This document shows, piece by piece, positions 12,421-25,997 of a DNA stretch of 64,000 nucleotides. The notes under the pieces were generated by a model. That model was not told the DNA's origin and did no database searches. It was given only the letters and a program-made list of their open reading frames with translations. The stretch's first letter is position 1; each line of letters starts with the position of its first letter. A program made the translations under genes and the position numbers. Origin of the DNA: Pseudovirgaria hyperparasitica (Eukaryota); assembly GCA_010093815.1 (NCBI GenBank), contig ML996573.1; one strand, written 5' to 3'.

Positions 12421-15119
12421 ATGGTGAGAGTACTGGACGTTGTCGCCATCGTCGCAGTTGCGACAACTGCAACGGCACAACAACAGAGCGACTACGACCC
12501 TCTCCAGTATGTAGACCCGCTGATTGGGAGTGCAAACGGAGGCAATGTATTTGCAGGCGCTTCCATCCCGTATGGAATGGCAAAAGCTGTGGCAGACGTT
12601 GATAGCCAGAGTAATCAAGGAGGCTTCTCAAGCGACGGCGGCAACGTGACGGGCTTCTCGACCATGCACGACAGCGGGACCGGTGGCTCTCCCTCTTTGG
12701 TAGATTGCAACGTCTCCGGTATCACAGTTAGCATTTACTGATACTTCCAAAGGGTACATTTGCGTTCTTCGCCTACCCCGGATGTGATGGCGACGATATC
12801 AATCGCTGTGTGTTCCCCAAGAATGCGAGGAAGGTCGGCTACGTCAACGACTCTATCAAGGCCAAGCCCGGCTCCTTTGAGATATCACTTGTCAATGGCC
12901 TTTCCGCCGCCATGACCACAACACATCACACTTCTCTGTTCAGCTTCACCTTCTCAGAGCCATCGACCAGCCCGCTCATCCTGCTCGACCTCACGGACCT
13001 GCAGAACTCGAGACAAGACAATGCATCGATCTCGGTAGATGCAGACACTGGCCGCATGACCGGCAGTGCACGATTCCTACCATCCTTTGGCAGCGGCAAC
13101 TATCTTCTTCACTTCTGCGCGGACTTCAAGGGCCCCAGCATCCGCGACAACGGCATATTCGCCAACAGCCGGGCAAGTGCAGACGTCAAAGACCTCCAGA
13201 TTTCACGGTCGATAAATGGCTACCCCTTGCCGGGCGGAGGCTTCATCCGGTTCGGCTCCGGGGAAGGGCCGCTCCTTGCCCGCATCGCGACTTCCTTCAT
13301 CAGTCCTGAGCAGGCATGCTCCCATGCGGAAGAGGAAATCGGTGACTTTGACTTTGACAGAGTCAAGAAAGCTGCAGAGGATATGTGGCGCGAAAAGCTC
13401 AGCCCTATCAAGCTTGACTTTACAGGCGTCGATCCTGATCTGGTAAAGAACTTTTACAGTGGTGTGTACCGTACCATGGTCAATCCGCAAGACTACACCG
13501 GCGAAAATCCGCTCTGGAAGAGCGACGAGCCATATTTTGACTCGTTTTATTGGTACCTGCCTCTTTGCTGCCTGAATGAGATCTCTCGCTGACACTCGTC
13601 TAGTCTTTGGGATAGTTTTCGGTCGCAGATTCCAATGGTAGGTTGATGCCGGGCGTTTGTGCATAGCTCTGTCACGACATATCGCGTGACCCGTCCCAAC
13701 GAACACTTTGCTAATTCTCGCATCCAGCTTACCATCATTGACACAACTGCTGTCGCTCGAATGATCAGATCATTAATCGAAACGTACGTCCATGTAGGAT
13801 GGCTGCCCGATTGTCGTATGTTGCGTCTTCAACCCTGTCGTTTCGAGTATACAGTTCTGACAATCTCTGCAGGGATGACCCTTTGCAAGGGCTTTACCCA
13901 AGGCGGCTCAAATGCAGACAATGTACTTGTGGATGCATACGTAAAGGGCGTTTCCGACGGCATCGACTGGGATCTGGGCTATCAAGCAGTCGTCAAAGAC
14001 GCTGAAGTCGAGCCCTATGACTGGTCCAACCAAGGTCGCGGCGGTCTGGACAGCTGGAAATCGCTCGGATACATTCCTGTGCAAGACTTCGACTACAAAG
14101 GTTTCGGCACAATGACGCGCTCCATTTCGCGCACGCTTGAGTACTCGTATAACGATTTCGTCATCGCACACTTGGCCTCTCGACTGGGTGGCCGCGAAGC
14201 AGACGTCCAGAAATACCTCGGCCGCAGTGGAAACTGGCAGAATCTGTACAAGGCAAACCAGACTTCCATGAACTTCGATGGCTCCGACACTGGGTATACC
14301 GGCTTCTTTCAACCTCGCTATCTCAACGGCACATTCGGCTTCCAAGATCCCCTCAAATGTGCCAACACCGACTCGTCCGGGTCCGTATGCTCTCTCCAAA
14401 ATTCCGGCGCCGAGACATTCGAATCTTCGATCTGGGAGTACTCCTACTTCGTACCGCACGACCAAGCCACACTGATATCGCTGTTCGGCGGTCCCGAAAA
14501 CTTTGTCAAACGGCTCGACTATCTGCACGACCAGAACATAACATACATCGGCAACGAGCCCTCGTTTCTCACCGTCTTCCAGTACCACTACGCCGGCCGT
14601 CCTGCAAAGAGCGCTCTGCGCAGCCACTTCTACATCCCCCGCTTCTTCAGCACAACGCCCGCCGGCCTGCCCGGCAACGACGACAGCGGCGCCATGGGCT
14701 CCTTCGTCGCAATGAGCATGATGGGCCTCTTCCCAAACCCAGGCCAAGACGTCTACTTCATCATCCCGCCATACTTCCCCTCCGTCAGCATCACGTCCCC
14801 CGCCACAAACAAGACGGCAAGCGTCAGAGTCACAAACTTCGACCCCACGTACGCGGCTGTGTATATCCAGAACGTGACGCTGGACGGGCAGCCGTACACG
14901 CGGAACTGGATCGATCATAGCTTCTTCACCGATGGCAAGGAGTTGGTGATTACGGTGGGCTCGACGGAGAGTGCGTGGGGCACCCGTGTGGAGGATTTGC
15001 CGCCGAGTGTGGGCGAGTATGTGGGCTTTAATGGGTCTGCGCCTGCGAAGCGGATGGAGAGGCGGATGGAGGACGGGAGGGAGGAGGCGGCTGGGATGGG
15101 TCGGATGGGTTTGCCGTAG
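12421..15119 (+). CDS. Secreted GH92 alpha-1,2-mannosidase
   Basis: Signal peptide; YVDPLIGS, GNVFAGASIPYGMAKAVAD, MHDSGTGGSPSLG, SLWDSFR, GWLPDCR, TQGGSNAD, SRTLEYSYNDF, GNEPSF, PGNDDSGAMGS; four introns (~12700-12752, ~13553-13603, ~13638-13728, ~13817-13872). Confidence 0.93.
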
Positions 15120-15389
15120 ATATCTTGAACAAGCCTCTATTCCCATATCCCTACACGTGTCCTTGACAATCGCATCGCGAAAATTAGTAAGGACCGCCAC
15201 GTTCAATTCCAACAACGAGGTTTCCTCTGATTGATGTCATTCTATTATTGGAATCACAGCCGCACAATCATCCCGCACACAAACGCCCCCAAGGTCACAA
15301 GTATGAAACTGCTCAACACCCCAAACCCATCTCCCCCTAACCATCCTCGAACACACATATAACCCTAAGTTCTCTTGATATGCAAGAAT

Positions 15390-15888
15390 AGAGGTTGACC
15401 AGCTCTTGTCTGAGCCGAGGTTGCTACCACATACCCCAGGTACTCCATTCGGAGGAGTTGGAGGGGAAGGTTGCAAAGATCTTCGGCGAGGTCTTCGGAT
15501 CAGTGCTGACCCGATCATGGACATAACAAGCTTTGAAGACTTTATCTTTGCTGGCTCGACGACGGCCTCACCCGTGTTTCTTCGATTTCTGAGGAGTCTT
15601 AGACAGGAGGTGTCAGCTCGGGGTGTGTTTACACATGGCGATATCCGACCTGCAAACATTATTGTGCGTCAAGGCGAAGACTTGACTTGGAAAGTCGTCG
15701 CGCTTATTGATTGGGAGACCAGTGGCTTCTATCCTTCATACTGGGAATGCGTCAAGATGACAAACAATTTCCATCATACAGACAATCACGACTGGTACTT
15801 GTACCTGCCAGAATCTGTATCTCAACATCGGTATCCCGTTGACTGGCTCGTCGACAGAGTATTGGATATTCATCTTAAGAATAGTTAG
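15390..15888 (+). pseudogene. 5'-truncated APH/choline-kinase-like phosphotransferase
   Basis: C-lobe motifs FTHGDIRPANIIV, LIDWETSGFYPSYWE and PFGGVGGEGCKD are present. An in-frame stop lies just upstream, and there is no room for the N-lobe after the GH92 stop. Confidence 0.7.
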
Positions 15889-16775
15889 TATAGAACGTCA
15901 TAGATTGGGTGTAATGCGGTAAAAAGGCGGGACATGAAGTCCTCATGATTTTCATAGTCGGCAAGGGCCTACAGTCGAGTTTATATATATAACAGGGCAG
16001 AGGCCCGATTAGGCATAGCGCAGCGGGCGGGAGCAAGTACGCTAAATTTAGAACGGCAATCGCCGTTTCCTGACGACCATGAATGCGATTTTGCCGCCTA
16101 CGTCTTTATAAGTAGACTCTAGTTGAACGTCGGGTAGAGTGAACTCTAGATAAGACAGTTGAGGGTGAGAATGCGCATGCGTGAGTGCTAAGAGCCTTAA
16201 GTTCTTAGTAGGACAACGACAGATACAGCGCATACTCATTATACACAAGTTCCACACACACACGTACATACACAGACCCACACCGTCCTACAGTTCAACC
16301 AATTTATCTCTCTTGTGCTCTCTCTTGCTCTCTCACTCATTCTTTCCCTTTCCACGGGACCCTGCCAGACGCGAGTATAAGTGAGTACCAGACCAGGGTA
16401 TCGTACATGTCTCGAGCAGCACGGACGTGCGCATGCCCCCGCTGCGTGGTTTTGATGGTGCCCATATTATTTCTGAAGCAGATCAATCAACGTGCTGCGG
16501 TTTTATCACCTTGACGAATGTAAAGGATGCGAAGTGATGCAATGCGCAACTTAAATTTTCCTGCGTCCAGACTCCAGCGGGGGCAGGGCCCCGAAGACGC
16601 GTGCTTGCATGCGAATATAGGTCATGGTACATATATATATAAATATATACATCACCTAGCGTAAGTATTAGAGTCCATTTTATTCCTCTTTCCGCGTTTT
16701 CTCGCCGTCTCAACCCCCTTCCCTTCCCCGCTCCTTCGCGTGCGCGGATCAGAGCACACACAGTTCAAGACAGTC

Positions 16776-17877
16776 ATGTCGCGGTCCACGAGGTGGAGAG
16801 GAATAGCTCCCAAGATTGTAGCAGTACTCGCACTCTACACTGTGCCCTCCGTGGCTATGGGAACCTACGCATTTCACAGATCATGCGACGAGTACCCCTT
16901 TATAGAGGAAGCCATGAAAGAAGCCATAGACATGGCCAAGATAGCATATGAGCACCTCCGCACGGACGTTTTCCCACCCGACCTCCTTCCGGCGTTTCTG
17001 CGCGTCTTCAATACTTCCCCCTACGGCGCCAACCGTATGAGAGACGTCATGGGCATCGTGAGACCCGTAAAGCAGACCTACAAGGCTATATCCATGTTGC
17101 AGCCCATACCCCGATCTGCATGGGATTATGCCGACACCCACATCTACTGCGACGACGATGACCGCTGGAAGCCGCAGGACGACGATAAGGTGTCTCCGGA
17201 CAATGCCCTTGGGATGGTTATGGTCCCGAACAGCCAACGAAGACCCGATAAAAAGGTCTATGAGGATGAGTCTAGCAGCTTGCTCACAATAGGCACACCC
17301 ACCTGTCGCTTACCGGATATGATCGCGGCAACGTACCGAAAAGTGAGGCCATCGCCGCCGTATCGAGAGGTGCCGAGCGGGCGCAGCGCTATTACAATTT
17401 GCAAAGTGAGAGATAAGTACGCTTCGGCGACGATGGAAGCCCTGAAGCTGTTGGGATATTTCAGCATCCCAGAGCTCGGCATAGACGAATTAACCCAGCT
17501 CTTGAGTTTTCGTCTTCTGCATGAGCTTACAGCTACTGAGCCAATGAATAGTATGATTGAGAGTTTCCTGTGTTACGCAATGTCCGTGCGAGAGTGTGGC
17601 TGATTATTGCCTTTAGGGATACCTGACGAACGTGCGATTACGTGGCAGGATGTTATCTGGAAACATCCCACAGAAGCGGTGATGAGATCGGCCAATTATG
17701 GTAGGTCTGCCGGGCTTGTACTTCGCTATCTTGCTAAAAGGTGATACAGCTTTTTTTGGCCTACTGGTGCTGCTGGACGAGTGGGATTATTTACTGAGTA
17801 ACGATCATGCTGAATCTATGCAGGGTATCCTAGATGTGAAGAGGCCCGAGAGTGATGACAACGATGACAGCGATTAA
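16776..17877 (+). CDS. Secreted protein with degenerate zincin (M35/Lys-metalloendopeptidase-like) motifs
   Basis: Signal-like N-terminus; introns 17551-17616 and 17701-17749 splice in frame; FHRSC, EAIDMA, HIYCDDD, ITIC, LLHELTA, SANYAFFGLL. Confidence 0.65.
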
Positions 17878-20012
17878 TGAGAGAGTAGTCCTTGATGGCA
17901 CGTCTAAACCACACCCGTTCAATAACTTTAATCACTCCTATAGCTAAATGACGTAACTACTCTTTACCTAACATCAAAAGACATGGGGAGTCGTCTGATC
18001 TATATTCTGCTAAATATATGAATTCTATAACAAGATTAGATACACTCAAGGGTTTATTTAGTGAGGTTCTTATCTAGGAAAAAGCGATCGGGGACTGCCC
18101 GCAGGCACTGTTGACTGACACGAGGACTGTTGTTGGCAATTCGCACTGTGATTGTGGCAAGCTCAACGGGTGGTCGAGATCTTCTTGTTAGAGGTCATTC
18201 AATACTGCTGGTAGGGCGGGCAAGGCAAGTGAAGTGTAGGACAGTCGGGGAAAGGCAAAAAAAGTAGAGCAAGTAGTGAACGCGGAGTGTGGAATGAGGG
18301 TCCAAGAGAAAGAAGACGTGTACTGATAGAAGGGACAGGAATGCAGAAATGAGAGTACAGAAATGCAAAAACGAGAGAGCAGAAAAAGCGACGAAAGTGA
18401 TCGGTAACCAGTAGCCAAGAAGAAGGAGAAACAGACGAGCGAGATGTAGGAAGTGATTGGTCGGAGAAAGAGTACTGGGCGGAAGTGGCTGAAGTGGCTG
18501 AACGTTGAACGCCACACCGGTGATTATATGCGAGTCAGGTTAGAGCAGCGGCGGACGACAGCTCGTGTGCAGATTGACTCGTGCTGCGGCGGCAGCATGG
18601 AATGTTCTTTGCAGGGAGCTATCGAGTCAGAGCAGTAGTACCAGACGATGATTATGACCATCATCGTCATCATCATGAGCGGACGGGCGTAGAGTCAACA
18701 ATGTCGCTTACAATGCCACTGTCCCATTCGCCTGCTTGTCGCGCTCCCTTGGGCCTCCAAGCGGTGCGTTGTACACCCACTCAGACGGACGAAGCAACAA
18801 AAGGCGACGAGGTGCAGGGGCGGCAGCACTAACTCTACGAAAAGGCCAATTATAGGCACCGCGCAAGGGAGAGGCATCGAAAACAAAATGCGCGCAATCA
18901 TCTGATTCTGATGAAGTGGAGACGATATTCCAGCACGATTAAAGCAGTCCAATCCTTTCAGTAGAAGAGGCCTGAAAGATGACGCTGAGGTGGGCGCCGG
19001 CATGTGATAATCGTTTGTGCAGCATCGGCGCGTGTCACAAGGGCAGAGGCGACATGCCCTGGTCTCTGGCCCATTGCATACATAAATGGATCTTTCGGCG
19101 GGTCTAGGCGGCAATGCAGCCGCTATTTGGAAGCCAGAGATGGGGAAGAAAAAGGATGGAGATGGATATAAAGAAAGGAAGAAACAAAGAAAAAGAAGGC
19201 TCAGAAACAGGAGCTTAGGCATGGAAGTGGAGAAGCATCGCTTGTCAAGATATCCGGATGTACGTGTAGTCGAATCTTCGACGTTTCTGTACCGTCCTTC
19301 GCCACAAGTGCTAGGCTGTTGATGGCGGTAGAGCTATAGATGGCAATGCAGATGCAGATGCAGATGCAGATGTAGACGTAGATGCATGCAATGAGAACGA
19401 GAATGAGGATGAAAATGAAGTTAGATACGAATCTAACGTACGTATTTAATAATTAATAACTGATAAGTAGTCTTAGATCTGCCACCTGCCTTTGGTGGCT
19501 TGGCCCAATTTCGCATTCCGCTAGTTCTTGTTAGGTATAAACTTTCAAGTGGTATATATTTTACCATATATTGGTCATCTCCACCCGTCGGCTCACTATT
19601 TGCTATTACCAGGGCGGCAGGGCCAGGGGCCATTGATCGCATTTTCGTTTTCCCCCCCCGGTCGACGCCACAAACACCCGTTCCCCACACCTATACACTT
19701 TCCCGTATCTCTATTTGATTCTCCCCGTGACATCCGGAAGCACACTGTAACAACAAACTCTACTCACTGTACACTCATTCCCCTGTCGTCTGCGCCTACA
19801 TCCCCATCTTTTCCCCGCGTCAGCTAACTACTCCCTGCGCCCTTGACCGCTATACCCTTACCGCTACGAGACCATGGCCTTGAATCGCCAACTGCCATGT
19901 GATTCCTTCTCCATGTTGTCTTTAGGCTCGAGGAAGACTACATAAACCACTCTTTGCCCGCTTGCTTGACCATGCTTTCTTGACCCTTACTGTGCCATTC
20001 AATTCGCCAATC

Positions 20013-21989
<1,977 letters not shown>

Positions 21990-22401
21990 GTACAGTCAGA
22001 TTGCAAGTGAATGCTCGTTTGGGAAAACGCGAATATCCTTACATTATTGATGCTGCGAGTAATTTCCCTCATAGAAATCATACTGATGCAAGAATTTAAT
22101 GCATTTGCTTGTAACATCGGTCTTGGCAAAGACATTGCGTCTGTATAGGCTTTAGAAACAGACCTAACCCCTAGCCACACTCTTGACTCTCTCGTACATC
22201 AGAAAGAGTACATTCCATCAGGGACCTACTATCTCTATATGCGCAATCTACTCTACATACTGACAAGTCCTTTTTACAGATGTCTTGGATGCCGCTCCGT
22301 GGCTTGCACAGCCTCTCAACCTCCAAAGCGGGGTCAACACGACTAATCACTCATCATTAACCCAAAGCTCTAAATCCTCTCTAATCCTCTGCTGGCGCAT
22401 C

Positions 22402-25071
22402 ATGTCGCGACTTTCGCAAGGCTTCTCGAATCTATCGCTAACGTCGAGCCTCAGTCGCGAAGCACAAGCAGATCTAAATCGGCAGCATCAACGCTGGGGA
22501 GATACATTAGATCGAGCTCGAGCTGGTAACCAAGCACAAGTTGGTCCACATTTTCCTATTATCCTACCACCGGATGACTCTGAAAAACAATCGTGGAAAT
22601 GCTTGCAGTATGAAGCTTTGCCAACCGAGACATCGATTCGTCTCATACGCATTCTTCCACTTCCCTCCCTACCGCACACTCTCACTGCACTCCATGATCC
22701 GATTGTCTGCCAGATAATTACCGTTGATCTGGCGGATAAGCCTGCTTATACTGCCCTGTCATACTGCTGGGGAGATCCACAGAATCTGTTCCCATTCCGT
22801 GACCTCCATCGTCCGGCCAAAGCCTGGGCAGCTCCAGCGTTCGAGATCCGGGTCCTCAACAATGAGACAGATTCGCAGCCGATATCTGTAAGCGCCAATC
22901 TCTATGCTGCTCTGCTTTCGCTTCGATACTTGGTCACTGAGAAAGCGTTTGGTGTCAACGATTATACCGACGCCGCTGCGTGTCCGTGTGACAACTTTTG
23001 GATCGATGCCATATGCATCGACCAGCTCAACAACACCGAGAAGACTTCTCAAGTAGCGATGATGCATCGGATATATAAACAAGCCACTATGGTTAACGTC
23101 TGGCTAGGTGGCTCTGATCCTGCGTCTGACATATTCGTACTCATCATGAACCGACTTGTTAAGTTGTTCATTGCTCACAACCAACAGCCTGGCGAGCTTG
23201 CTAGCCTTCGCCACATGCGAATCGCAGACGAGGACATGTATAAGAAGCTCAACAAGACTGTTGATGGATATTCCTTCGACTTCAGTCCCATTACCACTGG
23301 AGAATGGCTGTCGGTCTTTGCTTTCTTCTCCCGCTCGTGGTTCTCGAGGGCGTGGGTTGTCCAAGAGCTTGCATTCGCAAACAAGGCATTCGCACTATGC
23401 GGAACATCTTTACTCGACATTGATGAGCTAGTCATCATACAGAATGGCCTACGCCATACAAACTGGGGCACGCAACTTCAAGCCCTTGCCGTGTACTATA
23501 TCGACCCCGAACCACATATCCACGATGAGGTCATGGAGCGCCGGTTGCCGAAGAGCAACGTCCCCCGGTTGTTCAGGCCAAGTGGCTCTACTTGGGGAGC
23601 TATGGATACTCTCGTTGAGATCTTCAATGTGGCGTTTGGCCTCGGCCGCACGAGTCATTTCCTCTGGAAAGAAGGAGTTTGGGGCCATGAGCGTCGTACA
23701 GATTGTCATCCGCACACATTGATGGAGGCCATGGGAATCTTCCACAACTCGAAGGCAACTGATCCGCGAGACAAAGTGTTTGCATTCTTTGGTGTGTCGG
23801 AGGAGTTTGTTGATGGCGCAGTGGTATCTGGATTTGTTACAGTGAAAGCAGACTACAGCTATACAGTGCGAGAGGTCTTTACACAGACGACTGTATTTTG
23901 CTTACATATGAGAAACGGACTCGAGATCTTAGAAAGAAATGGCCCTCAGACTGAGGAGAATGCCCATAATCTTCCGTCATGGGTCCCAGACTTCTCCTCT
24001 CCCGCTCCTTTCAATGGACGCATGCCATGGTCAGCAATAGACGCAGGCAAGGCTGAGTTCAAGGTCAATCTTCAACAAGGTATCTTAAACATTCGCGCCA
24101 TTCGTATTGGCACAGTCACATCCACGTTCAAGTATGGGTCCGACGTTGATTTAATCTTACTCTCTGAGTTCCTAAAGCCCTTCTGTGCAGAACTGGCATA
24201 TCCGGTGCCTTTCTGGGACGCCGCCAATCGAGCCCAGTGGCAAAACTTGCGTTGGAATTTACCGGCACCGAGGCCTAAAGGAAGTATAGACATCCATTCG
24301 CGCTGGCAAGTCCTGTGGAGGACTCAAGTGCGAAACAATACCAACCCACATTATCCTGCCGACGAAGCCGAGGCCACGATGATGCTCAGGTCCCTGGAGA
24401 AATGCCTCTTGCAGGAGATGTTGAAGTTTCTTGACTGGTACGGTCGAGAGTTGGAAGAGAACAAAGCGCGCCTCACTGCAGTCATCGATTTCAGTGGTCG
24501 GCGCACAACACCGCCACTTTCAAAGATCCTATACACCAACATGCTGAACGAGACGTGGAAGGAGAGAATGAAGCAGGAGTTTCCAGCCCGTGCAAAGACG
24601 ATGACCAAGAGCATCGAAGCATTACAACACATCGTTGGAGACCTACGCAACGACGGCCAGTTCAAGTACATACACGAATTTCGCGCAGACGTTGCAAGTC
24701 ATACCGTTCGAAACCAGCATCCCATAAGCAGCATATTCAACTTTGTAGACATCATCAGCAGCAGGATACAGACCATCACCGGCGAGGGTCTTGACACGCG
24801 TCCTTCCAAGATGCTGATACAAACATCGACTAATCTCATGGGCAACGCACCACTAGCAACCAAAGCGGGAGACGAGATATGGCTGATACCAGGCCTCCGA
24901 TCGCCAGCTATACTACGCAAGGCCGAAAAGTCCATGCTCGAGCGCTTGCTGAGCAGAGGGCTTGAGTATGACTTCGCATTTCTCGGCGCAGCGTATATTC
25001 ATGGCATCATGCATGGCGAGGCCACAGAGGGCGTCAAGGACGAGGATTTCTGTGAGATTCGTCTGATCTGA
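22402..25071 (+). CDS. HET-domain (HET-6-like) heterokaryon incompatibility protein, intronless
   Basis: YTALSYCWGD, WIDAICIDQ..EKTSQVAMMHRIYKQA..VWLG, WFSRAWVVQE, ATDPRDKVFA, LPSWVPDFS, LGAAYIHGIMHGE. First ATG at 22402. Confidence 0.92.
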   Translation: MSRLSQGFSNLSLTSSLSREAQADLNRQHQRWGDTLDRARAGNQAQVGPHFPIILPPDDSEKQSWKCLQYEALPTETSIRLIRILPLPSLPHTLTALHDPIVCQIITVDLADKPAYTALSYCWGDPQNLFPFRDLHRPAKAWAAPAFEIRVLNNETDSQPISVSANLYAALLSLRYLVTEKAFGVNDYTDAAACPCDNFWIDAICIDQLNNTEKTSQVAMMHRIYKQATMVNVWLGGSDPASDIFVLIMNRLVKLFIAHNQQPGELASLRHMRIADEDMYKKLNKTVDGYSFDFSPITTGEWLSVFAFFSRSWFSRAWVVQELAFANKAFALCGTSLLDIDELVIIQNGLRHTNWGTQLQALAVYYIDPEPHIHDEVMERRLPKSNVPRLFRPSGSTWGAMDTLVEIFNVAFGLGRTSHFLWKEGVWGHERRTDCHPHTLMEAMGIFHNSKATDPRDKVFAFFGVSEEFVDGAVVSGFVTVKADYSYTVREVFTQTTVFCLHMRNGLEILERNGPQTEENAHNLPSWVPDFSSPAPFNGRMPWSAIDAGKAEFKVNLQQGILNIRAIRIGTVTSTFKYGSDVDLILLSEFLKPFCAELAYPVPFWDAANRAQWQNLRWNLPAPRPKGSIDIHSRWQVLWRTQVRNNTNPHYPADEAEATMMLRSLEKCLLQEMLKFLDWYGRELEENKARLTAVIDFSGRRTTPPLSKILYTNMLNETWKERMKQEFPARAKTMTKSIEALQHIVGDLRNDGQFKYIHEFRADVASHTVRNQHPISSIFNFVDIISSRIQTITGEGLDTRPSKMLIQTSTNLMGNAPLATKAGDEIWLIPGLRSPAILRKAEKSMLERLLSRGLEYDFAFLGAAYIHGIMHGEATEGVKDEDFCEIRLI

Positions 25072-25997
25072 AGCCCTGCTTAGCATCATTAGACACCTTC
25101 ATGCAGGTAGTCTCAGTCGGAGAGTGTAGTTTGAGCAGTAACCTTTGAACTGAAAGGTAAAACAGCAGATTGATTCCGCGAGAGATGGACTTGGTACCGG
25201 CCTTGCAGCACATATCACACCATTTCGTAACTCTCTTATCGTCGTCGATGCGGTGGAGCTTCTCGCCTGCTTTTAGGGGACTGGGTCGATACCGGGGAGT
25301 CTCAGTTGAGATGATGTGGTAGATCATGGCATGAATGTCGTCACTTGGCAATTGAGTCGCTAGCCCCAGAGGAATCACGGCAGTTATGTGACATACTCCT
25401 TTTGGCGTTTCCGTTCAGGTAAACTGTTTTGCTTCCACTGAGATCCGCGGTTCTTGGCAGGCACCACACTACCTTCAGGGCTACGTACGTCTACCTGTGG
25501 ACGTTATGAACGAATTATTGGCGCCAAGGATCCTCAAACTTGTCAGCACTTGGCAGTCGCATGAGGTGGTGCATATATATCAGCCCAGCCACTCTTCACT
25601 TATGCGCTTCGTAACGCTAGAGGTCTTGGCCTTTTGATTAACCTATTGTTGGTAAGGTGTTTCTAATACTGCGCCATGCACACCCGGCTATGCTATCAAT
25701 AGCGGCTGTCTGCGTCTACAGAAGGACGCATAATGCTCTCCTGATGCTTTGGTGGTGTCTTATCCTTATTTCGACTGCGACCATGTTGACGCGGCCGCGG
25801 TCTTGGATGCCGCTTCATTCAGAGGCGGAGTCGTCGGTCTCACTGACACGGCAGTCTTAATTCGCATATAATGATGAGACTTCTCGCTCGGGCACGGGAG
25901 TCTCTACATCCTACCCAAGACTCAGTTCAGGTATCCTGCAATACGAGCGGCATCACATCGCTATAAGTGCCAGGCCTCGACATCTCGTGCTGGAGTC

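Noticed and set aside
13908..15215. 435-aa antisense ORF (likewise 31645-32484 and 10763-11317)
   Set aside because: Shadow frames of real genes, with no motifs of their own.
25034..25378. Minus-strand 114-aa ORF with CxxCC
   Set aside because: No proper start, upstream in-frame stop, overlaps the HET stop; at most a relic.
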